From the NCBI GenBank assembly GCA_047601445.1, contig JASGJH010000001.1:2816001-2880000 (forward strand): a DNA stretch of 64,000 bases, in the 5' to 3' direction. A program made the translations under genes and the position numbers. Source of the DNA: Myxococcales bacterium (GTDB lineage Bacteria > Myxococcota_A > Polyangia > Polyangiales > DASUME01). Shown here piece after piece: positions 10,247 to 20,533 of this stretch (positions within the stretch are counted from its first letter, which is position 1; every line of letters begins with the position of its first letter). Under the pieces are notes generated by a model. That model did no database searches. It had not been told where the DNA came from and saw only the letters and a program-made list of their open reading frames with translations.

Positions 10247-10386
10247 TTCCCCGTCGAGCGGGCGCCGCGCTGCGTCAACCTGCTTGGATTGACCGGGCGC
10301 AGCGCTGCGTCGACCTTTGGGGTGCTGCCGGGCCCGCGTGCAATCCCCGCCTGGCGAGCGCCTACGCGCGGTAACATGCTTAGAGC

Positions 10387-10797
10387 GTGAGCTTCGAAGG
10401 CAAACGGCTGGTGCTGTTCGACGGCGTGTGCAACGTGTGCAACGCGCTGATCTTGTTCATCATCGACCGCGATCCACGCGAGCAGTTCGTGTTCGCGCCG
10501 CTGAGCTCGGAGCTGGGACGTTCGGTGCTCGCCAAGCACGACCTGGGCCCGAACCTGGACTCGGTGGTGTTGGTCGAAGACGGGCGCGCCTTCAGCCATT
10601 CCACGGCCATCCTGCGTATTTTGGGCCGGCTGGGCGGGGTCTGGCGCCTGTTCTGGGCCGGTTTCGTCTTGCCGCGCTTCGCCCGGGACTGGGGCTACCG
10701 CTACTTCGCGCGCCATCGCTACGCATGGTTCGGCAAGAGCGACCAGTGCCGCGTTCCCACACCCGAGCTGCGCCGCCGCTTCCTCGCCAGCAATTGA
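10387..10797 (+). CDS. DCC-family thiol-disulfide oxidoreductase (YuxK-like)
   Basis: LFDGVCNVC DxxCxxC motif; RDWGYRYFARHRYAWFG. Confidence 0.9.
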   Translation: MSFEGKRLVLFDGVCNVCNALILFIIDRDPREQFVFAPLSSELGRSVLAKHDLGPNLDSVVLVEDGRAFSHSTAILRILGRLGGVWRLFWAGFVLPRFARDWGYRYFARHRYAWFGKSDQCRVPTPELRRRFLASN

Positions 10798-10806
10798 GGC
10801 ACGCCG

Positions 10807-11691
10807 ATGGGTGCGGGCGACAGCAGCGACACACGCTTCAGCAGCTTTACGAGCGTGCAGGCCGGATCCTATTCGGTGCGCGGCATTTCGGTGGGCGGCG
10901 TGTACACCACCTTGCAGGTTCCGGAGCTGTCCCTGCTGCTCGACGTGGGACTACCGCTGCGCGCGTTCTGCGCGTCGGATCACATCTTCCTGAGCCACGG
11001 TCACGTCGACCATATGGGCGGTATCCTGGGACTGCTCGGGGTACGCGGCATGATGATGAAGCCCGCCCTGCCCCGCGTGTATCTACCGGCCGAGATCGAG
11101 GCAGACCTGCTGGCCCTGCTCGCGTCGGCGAGTCGCATGCAGCGCTACGAACTCGCCGTGGAGACGGTGCCCTTGCGCAACGGCGACGAACGCCTGGTGG
11201 CCAACAACCTGTGGGTGCGCGCGTTTCGCACCCATCATCCGGTGCCCTCGCTGGGTTTTCAGTTCTTCCGTCGGGTGAACAAACTGAAGCCGGAGTTCTT
11301 GGCATTGCCCGGCCCCGAGATCGCGGCCCGCAAGGCGCGCGGCGAAGACCTCTTCGTGGAGAGCGAGCGACTCGAGCTTTGCTACGCCACCGACACCTTG
11401 CTGCGCATCCTGGACACCAATCCTTCGATGCTACAGAGCCGCGTATTGATCCTGGAGTGCACGTTCTACGACGAACGCAAGTCGTTGGCCGAGACCCACG
11501 CCGGCTGTCACGTGCACCTCGACGAGATCGTCGCGGCAGCGGAGCGCTTCGAGAACGAACACCTGGTGCTGATGCACACGAGCCAAATCTATTCGCCCCG
11601 TGAGGCCCGCGAGATTTTAGCTCGCCGGCTGCCCAAGGCGCTCCACGAGCGCGTGGTCCTGTTTGCGCCTGAACGGGGGCCCTGGCTCTAG
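10807..11691 (+). CDS. Metallo-beta-lactamase-fold hydrolase, RNase Z-like (short TM-type)
   Basis: GISVGG, FLSHGHVDHMGG (HxHxDH), KLKPEF flexible-arm motif, ILECTF, LMHTSQIY. Confidence 0.75.
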   Translation: MGAGDSSDTRFSSFTSVQAGSYSVRGISVGGVYTTLQVPELSLLLDVGLPLRAFCASDHIFLSHGHVDHMGGILGLLGVRGMMMKPALPRVYLPAEIEADLLALLASASRMQRYELAVETVPLRNGDERLVANNLWVRAFRTHHPVPSLGFQFFRRVNKLKPEFLALPGPEIAARKARGEDLFVESERLELCYATDTLLRILDTNPSMLQSRVLILECTFYDERKSLAETHAGCHVHLDEIVAAAERFENEHLVLMHTSQIYSPREAREILARRLPKALHERVVLFAPERGPWL

Positions 11692-11721
11692 GGGCGAGCG
11701 ACCATGGTCAGAACGGAACGT

Positions 11722-11856
11722 CGCTCACGCACGCCGTCGCCGTTCAGGTCAAAGTCGACGTCGCCGACCAGGTCGAGGTCAACGGGCAAGCAGGCTGTTC
11801 GCGCCTGCGATGGTGGACTCTGACGGCGACTTCGACGGCGACGGTGTGCGTGAACG
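11722..11856. repeat. Intergenic REP-like element with terminal inverted repeats, copy A
   Basis: cgctcacgcacgccgtcgccgt (11722-11743) pairs with acggcgacggtgtgcgtgaacg (11835-11856); homologous to 23702-23810; lies between convergent genes. Confidence 0.75.
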
Positions 11857-11871
11857 CCCCGCGTCGACCAA

Positions 11872-12906
11872 CTAAGCGCGCTGCACGCGAGGGCGTTCGC
11901 CGACAGCGGGCGGCGCTGAGTCGGACCGCTCGGCAAGCTTGCCGCGCACGCTGCGCACCACGTAGACCTCCGTGCGATTGAGCGAGGTACGCACCACGAC
12001 CTCCGCCACCAGCCCCACGCACAGGATCTGCACGCCGGTGATGGTCAGCAGCACCCCCAGGGTGAGCAGCGGACGGGTGCCCACCGATTGCCCCATGAAC
12101 CAGATCACGGTGAGGTAGCTGAGCAGCATCAACCCCACCAGCATGATCATCGCGCCGGGGATGCCGAAGAAGTGCAGCGGTCGCGTGCGGTAGCGCGTGA
12201 GCAGGAGCACGGTGGGCAGGTCGAGCATGCCCTCCATCAAGCGCTTGTTGCCGAACTTGCTGTGGCCGTGCTGACGCGCGCGGTGATTGACCACGAGCTC
12301 CTCGACCTTGAAACCTCGATCCTGGGCGAACACCGGCAGGAAGCGGTGGAAACCACCGTACACGCGCAGCTCCTGGATGCACTCGGCTCGGTAAGCCTTG
12401 AAGCCGCAGTTGAAGTCGTGCAGCTGCACGCCGCTCAGCTTGCGCACCACTCCGTTGAACACACGCGACGGCATGGTCTTGTCGAGCGGATCATGGCGCT
12501 TTTGCTTCCACCCCGACACCATATCGGCGCCAGCTCGGATGCGCTCGACGAAGGCCGGGATCATGGCGGGGTCGTCTTGCAGGTCCGCGTCCATGGTGAT
12601 GACGATCTGGCCGCGCACGCGCTCGAAGCCGGCCGCCAGCGCCGGCGACTTGCCGAAGTTGCGCCGCAGATGGACCACCGAGACGCGCGGGTCGCGCTCC
12701 GCCAGATTGTCGAGGGCCTCGGCCGAGCCGTCCCGGCTGCCGTCGTCGATGAACACGATCTCGTAGTCGCTGACCACCCCACGGCAGCCCGCGGTGATCT
12801 CCTCGTGGAGCTGCGCGAGCGACTCCACCTCGTTGAACACGGGCACGAGAATGGAGAGTTCCGGGCTGCTCGGGGAGCCGTCCTGCATCGGAGGCGACGG
12901 TAGCAC
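11872..12906 (-). CDS. GT2 glycosyltransferase (polyprenol-phosphate sugar synthase, ArnC-like)
   Basis: ILVPVFNE, DDGSRD, RNFGKS, MDADLQDDP, DFNCGFKAYR; two C-terminal TMs. Confidence 0.92.
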   Translation of the reverse strand: MLPSPPMQDGSPSSPELSILVPVFNEVESLAQLHEEITAGCRGVVSDYEIVFIDDGSRDGSAEALDNLAERDPRVSVVHLRRNFGKSPALAAGFERVRGQIVITMDADLQDDPAMIPAFVERIRAGADMVSGWKQKRHDPLDKTMPSRVFNGVVRKLSGVQLHDFNCGFKAYRAECIQELRVYGGFHRFLPVFAQDRGFKVEELVVNHRARQHGHSKFGNKRLMEGMLDLPTVLLLTRYRTRPLHFFGIPGAMIMLVGLMLLSYLTVIWFMGQSVGTRPLLTLGVLLTITGVQILCVGLVAEVVVRTSLNRTEVYVVRSVRGKLAERSDSAPPAVGERPRVQRA

Positions 12907-12919
12907 GTCGCCCCCACCC

Positions 12920-13933
12920 TCAGCTCCACGCCTTGGCGTCGGTGCGGATCAGGCCCGGGATCGCTGCTCGCAGGCCGGGCTCCCGGGTGGTTATCAAGCG
13001 CTCGAGGCGCCGCGTCCGGCCGAGGTTCTCCTCCAGGAGGCGGCGGTTGGCGGCCAAGAGCACGCTGAGGGCCCAGAAAAGCCCCACGATGAAGGCCAGC
13101 ATCACCAGCCCCACACCCAACACCAGCGACTGCACGTGACCGCTGCGGGTAGGCTCCATCCAGTAGTAGACCAGGAAGCGCGCGATGCCCCCGAGCCCGA
13201 CCAGCAACAGCAGCGAGGTCACCAGGGAGAGCGCGCGCGCCGGGTTGTACATCAGGTAGGAGCGCAGGATCACCGAGCCGTTCTTGGCCAGATACTCCGG
13301 GACCGAGCGGAACAGGCGCGAGGGGCGGGTCTTCTTGTTGGTGACGATGGTCACGTTGGCCACGCTGAGTCCGGCGTGACCCGCCTGGATCAGGGTTTCG
13401 AGCGTGTACGAAAAGGGGTTGTGGACGAACAGAGTCAGCAGCGCCTTCTGGTTCATGGCCCGAAAGCCGCTCGTGGAATCTTGCACCGCGGTGCCCGAGG
13501 CAGTGCGCACCACGGAGCTGCCCCAGCGCTGCAGCAGCTTCTTCAGGGGGGAGAACTCTTCGATGGTGTCGGTTTGGCGATCGCCCACCACGATGTCCGC
13601 TTGTCCGGCCACGATGGGCGCCACCAGGCGCTCGATGTCGGTGCCCGCATACTGATTGTCGGCGTCGGTGTTCACCACGATGTCCGCGCCGAGCAAGAGA
13701 CAGGCGTCGAGCCCCGCCATGTGTGCCGCGGAAAGGCCCCGGTTTCGGGGGAAACGCACGATATGGTGGACCCCGAGCTCCCGTGCTACCTCGGCGGTGC
13801 CATCGGTGCTGCCGTCGTCGATCACCAGGACCTCGATCTCGCGAATTCCCGGGAGTGACCGCGGCAGGTCCGCGAAGGTCCTCGGGAGCTGCTCGCGCTC
13901 GTTCAGACAAGGTATCTGGATGATAAGTTTCAT
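12920..13933 (-). CDS. GT2 glycosyltransferase
   Basis: IQIPCLNE, IDDGSTDGT, NTDADNQY, DSTSGFRA; C-terminal TMs. Confidence 0.92.
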   Translation of the reverse strand: MKLIIQIPCLNEREQLPRTFADLPRSLPGIREIEVLVIDDGSTDGTAEVARELGVHHIVRFPRNRGLSAAHMAGLDACLLLGADIVVNTDADNQYAGTDIERLVAPIVAGQADIVVGDRQTDTIEEFSPLKKLLQRWGSSVVRTASGTAVQDSTSGFRAMNQKALLTLFVHNPFSYTLETLIQAGHAGLSVANVTIVTNKKTRPSRLFRSVPEYLAKNGSVILRSYLMYNPARALSLVTSLLLLVGLGGIARFLVYYWMEPTRSGHVQSLVLGVGLVMLAFIVGLFWALSVLLAANRRLLEENLGRTRRLERLITTREPGLRAAIPGLIRTDAKAWS

Positions 13934-14029
13934 CGGCCCGCATCATGGCACGAGAGCCCTGCACGGGGAGCCATCTTCATGGTCCCGAGGGGCACGCATG
14001 CGGGCGCCTTCGGCGCGCGGGGAGCACCG

Positions 14030-16306
14030 ATGATCGGCCAGAGCTCCTGGGACGAGTGGCGCAGCCTGCCCGCGCGGTCGCGCTGGTTGGTGGTCAGCTT
14101 CGGCCTGCTCGCGATCGCGCTCTATGCCTACGGGCTCGACGCTGACTTCGTGTTCGGCCACGACGGCTGGTGCGCGGCCCGCCGCGGCATCGCGGGCAAC
14201 AACCTGGTGCGCTACGGCTTCATCGAGACCCGCTTCGCCCACATCCGCAACCCCGACTACACGCCGCCCCAGCTGCGCGGCATCTACTGGCATCACCCCC
14301 ACGGCATGCAGCTGCTGATCGGGCTCTCGTACAAGCTGTTCGGGCGTGGTGAGTGGCAGACGCGGCTGATCCCGTTTCTCTCCATGGTGGCGAGCCTGGG
14401 GATGTGGTGGGGCATCACGTGGCGGCTGATCCCGAGCGCGTTGGCGCGCGCCACTTCCATGCTGGTGTTCCTGACCATGCCGATGTTGGTGGTCTACGGC
14501 GTGTTCGTGAACATGGACCCGCTCGTGCTGTGCGCCAGCATCGGCGCCGCGTGGCTGTTCGTGCGCTACGAGGAGACGCCTTCCTGGCGGCGTGGTCTCG
14601 CCTGCTTCGCGCTCGCGTTCGTTGCGAGTTACTCCGGGTGGTCGTGGTTCCTGTTCGCGGCTCTCCTGTGCAGTCTGGAGGTCGGCCTGTGGATCACGCA
14701 CCGCCGCTTCTCGCTGCGCTGGTTGAGCTGGCACTGCTCGGGCACCCTGCTCGGTTTCGTGGCCATCGTGTCGCACCTGGTGATGCTCGAGGGGTCGCCG
14801 GACCCGCGCACCTCGTTCCGCAACCTCTTCATGCAGCGCTCGACGCAGGGCGGGCGCATCACGTTCCTCGACGCACTCAAGGCCCAGGAAGAGTCGCTGA
14901 TCAAGTTATTCACGCCGGGCCTGCTGCTGGTGGGGGCGATCGGGCTGCTGGTGATCGTGGTCTCCTTGCTGCGCGTGCGGTTCGCCTTGCGTCAGGGCCT
15001 GGCGCTGGTGTTTTTGGCCACGGGTGTCGGCTTCGTGGCGGTGTTCACCCAGGGCGCGAGCGTGCACGACTTCTGGTCCAGCATCGCAGCCCCCTACTTC
15101 CCGCTCGTGGCGGCCGACCTGGTGGCGCGCGCGGAGGGGCTTGCAGGAACGCGTTTTCAGCGTGCCCTGACGGCGGGGTGGGCGCTCGCGATCGCGCTGC
15201 AAGTGGCCTACAGCCTGGGGATGATCGTGCAGCGCCGCGAGTATCCGGACATCGGACACCCGGCCGCCAGCAACGACCACCAGCAGCGCAATATCGTGGT
15301 CTGGAAATGGCTCCACGATCATTCGCGTTCGGGCCGGCCCGTGCTGCTCGACCGCCGTAACGCCGAGGGCACCACGGGCCCGCAACGCAGCTACTACATG
15401 GATCGCGTGGAGCGCCACGTGGACATGCTGATTGCGCCGCTCGGGCAGCGCGAGGGCGCTGAGTTCGCGCTGCTCGACATGCGGCGCTTTCCGGTGGAGG
15501 CGCTCGCGAAGACCCTCACCACGCTGATCGAGCACTATCGCCTGACGGTGATCGACACCTTCGTGGTGGTGCACCTGAAGGAGCCCGTGCAAGGGGCGCG
15601 CGTGACCTACTTGCGCAGCCAGCCCGAGTACGACTCGGCGCTCTCGGCCTGGCTGCGCACCACGCAGCGCGCCGCCACCAAGCTGGTGCAAGACGACCTC
15701 TTGAAGGCCGAGTTCTTCCTGTACGCCGGCCTGCCCGAGCTGGCCAAGCAGGCCTACGCCGCGCGGTCTGCCAACGTCAAGGACGGCGCTCCCGACGACG
15801 TCCACCACCGCGTCGCGGACCACAACCTGGCGCTGCTCTCGGGCAAGGCCCCGCCCACCGTGAAGAGCTGGCTGCCCCGCGTGCTGCCCAGTTGCCCGGG
15901 TGTTCGCAAGCCGCTCGAGGCGGTGCGCACCGAGGCCCCCAGCAATCGCATCGTGCGCGCCACCGCGGTGCTCGCCGCCAGGCCCAGCGTGGACGCGTCG
16001 CCGCTGCCCTACGAGAGCATCGTGGTCACCGAGGGAGGCCGCCCGCCGCCGGGCGTCGGCCGCGAGCACCTGGCCGTGCCGCTATCGGCCGAGCAGCTGC
16101 CGGTGGGGGGGCTCATCTGGTTCGATGCCGTGGCCTTGCAGCGACGGGCCGAAGGGTTCAGCGAGCCGCGCGCGTCCGTGGTACCCAACAAGCCCGTGCG
16201 CAACGCGGGCCGTCCCCCCGTCTTCGACGTGCCCTGCGGAGACCCACCCGTGGTGCTCCCGCGCTGGCTACGCAGGCCCCTGGGCCTGGGCTGGCTCGCG
16301 CCCTAG
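14030..16306 (+). CDS. GT-C fold membrane glycosyltransferase (ArnT/PMT-like) with soluble C-terminal extension
   Basis: YWHHPHG...KLFGRGEWQTRL pattern; about 11 hydrophobic segments; GGAG before ATG 14030. Confidence 0.72.
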   Translation: MIGQSSWDEWRSLPARSRWLVVSFGLLAIALYAYGLDADFVFGHDGWCAARRGIAGNNLVRYGFIETRFAHIRNPDYTPPQLRGIYWHHPHGMQLLIGLSYKLFGRGEWQTRLIPFLSMVASLGMWWGITWRLIPSALARATSMLVFLTMPMLVVYGVFVNMDPLVLCASIGAAWLFVRYEETPSWRRGLACFALAFVASYSGWSWFLFAALLCSLEVGLWITHRRFSLRWLSWHCSGTLLGFVAIVSHLVMLEGSPDPRTSFRNLFMQRSTQGGRITFLDALKAQEESLIKLFTPGLLLVGAIGLLVIVVSLLRVRFALRQGLALVFLATGVGFVAVFTQGASVHDFWSSIAAPYFPLVAADLVARAEGLAGTRFQRALTAGWALAIALQVAYSLGMIVQRREYPDIGHPAASNDHQQRNIVVWKWLHDHSRSGRPVLLDRRNAEGTTGPQRSYYMDRVERHVDMLIAPLGQREGAEFALLDMRRFPVEALAKTLTTLIEHYRLTVIDTFVVVHLKEPVQGARVTYLRSQPEYDSALSAWLRTTQRAATKLVQDDLLKAEFFLYAGLPELAKQAYAARSANVKDGAPDDVHHRVADHNLALLSGKAPPTVKSWLPRVLPSCPGVRKPLEAVRTEAPSNRIVRATAVLAARPSVDASPLPYESIVVTEGGRPPPGVGREHLAVPLSAEQLPVGGLIWFDAVALQRRAEGFSEPRASVVPNKPVRNAGRPPVFDVPCGDPPVVLPRWLRRPLGLGWLAP

Positions 16307-17220
16307 CGCGAGCGCAGCGCGAGCAACCCGCGAGCGAGCAGCCACACCGCGAGCTCGGTGGCCAGCGTGACTGCTCGCGACACCAGGCTGAAGGCCAAGG
16401 CGCGCGTGGCCCCGATCTGGGGCGATAGCAGCACCACCACGAAAGCCTCCCGCACGCCGAGTCCGCCCGGCGCCACCAGCGCGAAGAACGCCACGATGGG
16501 CCCGAGCACGCCCGCCGCGCCGGCCAACAGCGCGATGTCGACCGGCTCCGAGAGCGCGTAGGCGCACAGGCCGGAAGACACCGCAGTGGCGAGCCAGTAG
16601 GCCGTACAACCCGCGATCCAATAGAGGTGCAGCAGGGGTCCCGTTCGATCGGCCATGCGCAGGATGCGCACCACGAAGCCCGGGTAGCGACGCACGTCGA
16701 TGATCGCTAGCGCAGCCACGGCCCCGCAGATCGCGATCAGGAGCGGCAGCGTCCAGGGCCCGGACAGCACGGCGCGCAAGGCGGGCGCGGCCCACGGCCC
16801 CACCGTGATGAAAGCGGCCACGGCACCAGCCGTGGCGATGGAGGCCAGCGTCTCCATGATCACGCTGCCGGCCATGAAGGGCACGCCGACTCCGAACTCG
16901 ACAGCGGCCGACATGCGCACCGCCGGGATGCCGACCTTGCCTGGCAGATAGCGCGCCAGGATGCCGCGGAAGTAAAGCTCGCACACCGAGAGGAAGCGCT
17001 GACTACGACCGCTCTCCTGGCGCAGGATGCGCGAGAACGCGAAGGCCGACGACGTGTAGCCCATGGCCAGCGCCAGCGAGCTCACCGCCAACCATCCCCA
17101 ATGCACGTGGATGGGCTCGCGCTCCAGTCGACGCGCGAGTTCGAACGCGGCCCATCCGAAGGAGATGGCCACGATCACCAGCACCACGCGGCCCACCGTC
17201 TTGGAAGAGAGCTTGTTCAA
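16303..17220 (-). CDS. Flippase-like membrane protein (lysylphosphatidylglycerol synthase TM-domain family)
   Basis: ARYLPGKV and APGGLGVRE motifs; multi-TM. Confidence 0.8.
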   Translation of the reverse strand: MNKLSSKTVGRVVLVIVAISFGWAAFELARRLEREPIHVHWGWLAVSSLALAMGYTSSAFAFSRILRQESGRSQRFLSVCELYFRGILARYLPGKVGIPAVRMSAAVEFGVGVPFMAGSVIMETLASIATAGAVAAFITVGPWAAPALRAVLSGPWTLPLLIAICGAVAALAIIDVRRYPGFVVRILRMADRTGPLLHLYWIAGCTAYWLATAVSSGLCAYALSEPVDIALLAGAAGVLGPIVAFFALVAPGGLGVREAFVVVLLSPQIGATRALAFSLVSRAVTLATELAVWLLARGLLALRSR

Positions 17221-19163
17221 AGCTTCAGCACCACGAAAGAGCGGTTTTGGAAGGCCACCGTCCCGGCCAGGCCGCGCTCGCGCCCACGCCGCACGATGGC
17301 GTAGTTCAAGTGGTACTTGGCCTTGAGCCTGTCGAGGCGCCGCTGATCCATCGTGTCGTACAGGGACAAGTCGCGTGCCGTCAGCTGCTGGGGACGAACA
17401 CCGACGACGTCGGCTACTCGGTCGCGCCAGGCCACGAGATCATGGGGGATGATCGGCGTCGACTTCCAGTCCACCACGATGGCGCGCTGTCCGTGGTAGC
17501 GCACGGCTTCCATGTCAGGCGGGCTCAAGAACTGGGCATCCTTGGGCGTCTTGTCGCGCATCCAATGCAGCATCTCCATCTCGGCCGCTGGATAGCCGGG
17601 CATGTTGGAGGTGAAGCGGCGCGAGCGCTGAGCCGGATCGTTCACCATCTTGGCGAACCCGAGCAGCGCGACCAGCACCGCCAAGACTGGCGCCACGCGC
17701 TGCCACTTGCCGAGCGCGCGCTCGGCCTGCTCGTGCTTGAGCAGCAGCGTCAACCCGTACATGAGCCAACACAGCGCAAAGCCTGCCGTCAGCGCCACCA
17801 ACAGCGCCACCATGCGCGCGTCCTTGCGGTCTCCGAAGAACATCAGCAGAAAGCCCAGGCCGGCCCACGCCAACCCGAGCGCCGGGTCGCCGAAGCGCCG
17901 CCGCATGCCCGCCGGGTCGCTGAAGCCCAGCACGAGCGCGTAGCAGATCAGCATCTGCCACCAGAAATCCGCAAAGGGCGCGAAGCGCCACACGAACAGC
18001 TGCGCCACCTGGCGCACGTAGGTGGCCGTGGTCAACGCGGTGCCCGTCCACAACAAGGCCGACAACCCAGCGAGCAGCGCGGCAAAGCGCGCCGTGCGCT
18101 TGCGTCCATCGCTCAACAGCCACAGCCCCGCGCCCAAGCCCAGCACCTGGAAACCGAGCATCGGCGAGAACGCGCGCTCGTAGCTGGCGGGCTCGTAGTG
18201 GTGCGGCGAGCGCATGTGGAAGTACAGCTGGTTCGCGACCTCGCCCTCGGGGGCTCCGATCGACGCGAAAATCAGCGGCGACAGCAGCAACATCGAGACA
18301 CAGGAGGGCCCGAGCTGGCGCAACAAACGTGGGAACAGCTCCCGGCGCCCAAGGAGAATGTGCGCGAAGCCGAAGACTGGGAAACCGAGCAGCAGGTAGT
18401 TGGCGTGGAACAGACCGCCCAGCGCGAGGCAGATGCCCGACGCCAAGAAGCGCCCTTCGAGCCAATAGGGTAGAGCCGCGAGCAAGCCGAGCGAACCGAC
18501 CGAGGAGGGCTGGAAGAAGCCCGCGAAGATGTAGCTCGACCCGGTGCCCTGGGTCCGCGTCTGGTAGGCGAAGCAGCTGAGCAGCAAGTAGATCGGGAGC
18601 GCGAGCCTGCGCCCAGCGAGCACGATTGCCGCGCGGTAGGTGAACAACATCCCGGCCACCATCAGCACGACGTCTGCGATGGCCACGCTGAGGCCGCTCG
18701 CGTCGAGCCACAGGAGGAGCGCCGAGAGATAGGTGTAGGCCGGGTGATAGTGCGTCGTGTGGGCGGCGAACCAGTCCTGGTTAAGGATGCCGGGCGTCAC
18801 CATGCGCAGCGCGCTCACCAGGTACACGACCTGATTGTTGATGCCGTAGTTGAGCCCGAAGCTGAAGGCGACCACACACGCCGTCGCCAGGGCCACGATC
18901 CAGCCCAAGACGTCCCAGCGGGTGAAGCGCTGGGCTTCAGCGCCATCCGAGCGCGTGACGCGTCGAGCGTCAGCGCCCTCGGCGCCGGCCCCCTCCGCTC
19001 CGCTCTCTGGCAAGCCTGTCGCCGGTTCGGCCGCCGCCGCACCCGACTCGCTGCCCGCGCTCGGGCTGGACGAGGTTTCAATCACGGGGCGAGGGTGTAC
19101 CACAGGAAGTCCACCCAGGTCATGTACGGGCCCTTTGGGACATTGCGCCGGCCGCGCCTCCAT
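17217..19163 (-). CDS. Polytopic membrane protein, probable GT-C-type (DUF6798-like C-terminus); start uncertain
   Basis: Many TMs; DWF, RSPHHY, RAIVVDWKSTP...W..R; its stop overlaps the start of the flippase-like gene. Confidence 0.6.
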   Translation of the reverse strand: MEARPAQCPKGPVHDLGGLPVVHPRPVIETSSSPSAGSESGAAAAEPATGLPESGAEGAGAEGADARRVTRSDGAEAQRFTRWDVLGWIVALATACVVAFSFGLNYGINNQVVYLVSALRMVTPGILNQDWFAAHTTHYHPAYTYLSALLLWLDASGLSVAIADVVLMVAGMLFTYRAAIVLAGRRLALPIYLLLSCFAYQTRTQGTGSSYIFAGFFQPSSVGSLGLLAALPYWLEGRFLASGICLALGGLFHANYLLLGFPVFGFAHILLGRRELFPRLLRQLGPSCVSMLLLSPLIFASIGAPEGEVANQLYFHMRSPHHYEPASYERAFSPMLGFQVLGLGAGLWLLSDGRKRTARFAALLAGLSALLWTGTALTTATYVRQVAQLFVWRFAPFADFWWQMLICYALVLGFSDPAGMRRRFGDPALGLAWAGLGFLLMFFGDRKDARMVALLVALTAGFALCWLMYGLTLLLKHEQAERALGKWQRVAPVLAVLVALLGFAKMVNDPAQRSRRFTSNMPGYPAAEMEMLHWMRDKTPKDAQFLSPPDMEAVRYHGQRAIVVDWKSTPIIPHDLVAWRDRVADVVGVRPQQLTARDLSLYDTMDQRRLDRLKAKYHLNYAIVRRGRERGLAGTVAFQNRSFVVLKL

Positions 19164-19177
19164 AGGACGATGCGCCC

Positions 19178-20149
19178 GTGTCGCCTGCTGTCGAGCTCTC
19201 GGTCGTCCTGCCCATGCACAACGAAGAGGCCGTGGTGGACCGTGTGCTCGCCGAGGTCACCGCGTCGCTCGCCGCGACCGGACGCAGCTTCGAGGTGGTC
19301 TGCGTCGACGATGGCTCACGCGACGCAACCCTGCGTCTCTTGCGCGACTGGCAAGCGCGAGATGGCCGCGTGGTCGCCCTCCCCTTGTCGCGCAACTTCG
19401 GTAAGGAGGCCGCCCTCGCCGCGGGCCTGGCCGCTGCCCGCGGTCGGGCCGTGATCGTGATGGACGCCGACCTGCAGCACCCGGTCGAGGTGATCGCCAA
19501 GATGATCGCGCTCTGGGACGAGGGCGCCGAGGTCGTGAGCGGCGTGAAAATCGAGCGCCAGCGCGAGAGCTTTGTGTATCGAGCCTTCGCCAAGCTCTTC
19601 AACGCGCTGATGGCGGGGGCCGCGGGCGCGAGCTTTCAGGGAGCTTCGGACTTCAAATTGCTGGACCGCGAGGTGGTGGACACCCTGGTCGCCTTGCCCG
19701 AGCGCAATCGCTTCTTCCGCGGCCTCGTGAGCTGGGTCGGCTACCGCACCGCGGAGGTGCCCTTCAGCGTCGCCGAGCGCGTGGCAGGCACCAGCAAGTG
19801 GTCCCCGATCGGGCTCGTCCGCTATTCGCTGCGCAACCTGGTGGCTTTTTCGGCCCTGCCCCTACGCCTCGTGGCCGGGCTCGGCTTCGTCACCTTGTTG
19901 TTCGCCGCAGGCCTGGCGGTGCAGACCCTGTACCGCTACGTCCGCGGCGACGCCCTCAGCGGCTTCACCACGGTGATCCTCTTGCAGCTCATCCTGGGTG
20001 GCCTGCTGCTGACCAGCGTCGGCGTGATCGCGGTCTACCTGTCGGCCATCTACGAAGAGCTGAAAGGTCGTCCGCTGTTCATCGTGCGCAAGCGCGACAC
20101 CGCCACGCAGCAAGCAGACAGCCAAAGCGGCGCGGCCGGTCGGGGCTAA
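19178..20149 (+). CDS. GT2 glycosyltransferase (GtrB-like bactoprenol glycosyltransferase)
   Basis: VVLPMHNEE, DDGSRD, SRNFGKEAAL, DADLQHP, SDFKLLDR, ERNRFFRGLVSWVG, YEELKGRP. Confidence 0.92.
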   Translation: MSPAVELSVVLPMHNEEAVVDRVLAEVTASLAATGRSFEVVCVDDGSRDATLRLLRDWQARDGRVVALPLSRNFGKEAALAAGLAAARGRAVIVMDADLQHPVEVIAKMIALWDEGAEVVSGVKIERQRESFVYRAFAKLFNALMAGAAGASFQGASDFKLLDREVVDTLVALPERNRFFRGLVSWVGYRTAEVPFSVAERVAGTSKWSPIGLVRYSLRNLVAFSALPLRLVAGLGFVTLLFAAGLAVQTLYRYVRGDALSGFTTVILLQLILGGLLLTSVGVIAVYLSAIYEELKGRPLFIVRKRDTATQQADSQSGAAGRG

Positions 20150-20152
20150 AGA

Positions 20153-20455
20153 CTAGTTGGCGCTCGGCTCGTCCAGCCAGGCGCGGGTCACCTGCTCTGC
20201 CAGGTTGCTGCGCAGCTCGCGGGGGACCTGACGCAACATCTCCAGGGCCACGAGCCGTGGCTCCACGTCCTCGAACACCAGGGCCTGCGCGATGTTGTTG
20301 GCCCGTTCCAGGGCACAGGAGGCACCGAGGTGGGGTTCGAGCACGTCTCGGACGCGCTCACGACCTCGGATCAGGACAGCATAGGTGCGCTCACTGCGTT
20401 CGCGGCGGGCGCTTTCCTCGGGGGGGCTTTCCAGTCTCTGGACCTGGGAGGGCAT
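20153..20455 (-). CDS. Small hypothetical protein (~100 aa)
   Basis: AGGAG RBS upstream of ATG 20455; helical, normal composition. Confidence 0.6.
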   Translation of the reverse strand: MPSQVQRLESPPEESARRERSERTYAVLIRGRERVRDVLEPHLGASCALERANNIAQALVFEDVEPRLVALEMLRQVPRELRSNLAEQVTRAWLDEPSAN

Positions 20456-20533
20456 GGCCAACTCCTTTTTTGACCCGCGGAAGCTACAGCGGTGAGGGAC
20501 GGGGACCAAGCTTTTTCAATGTAAATTCCGTCC

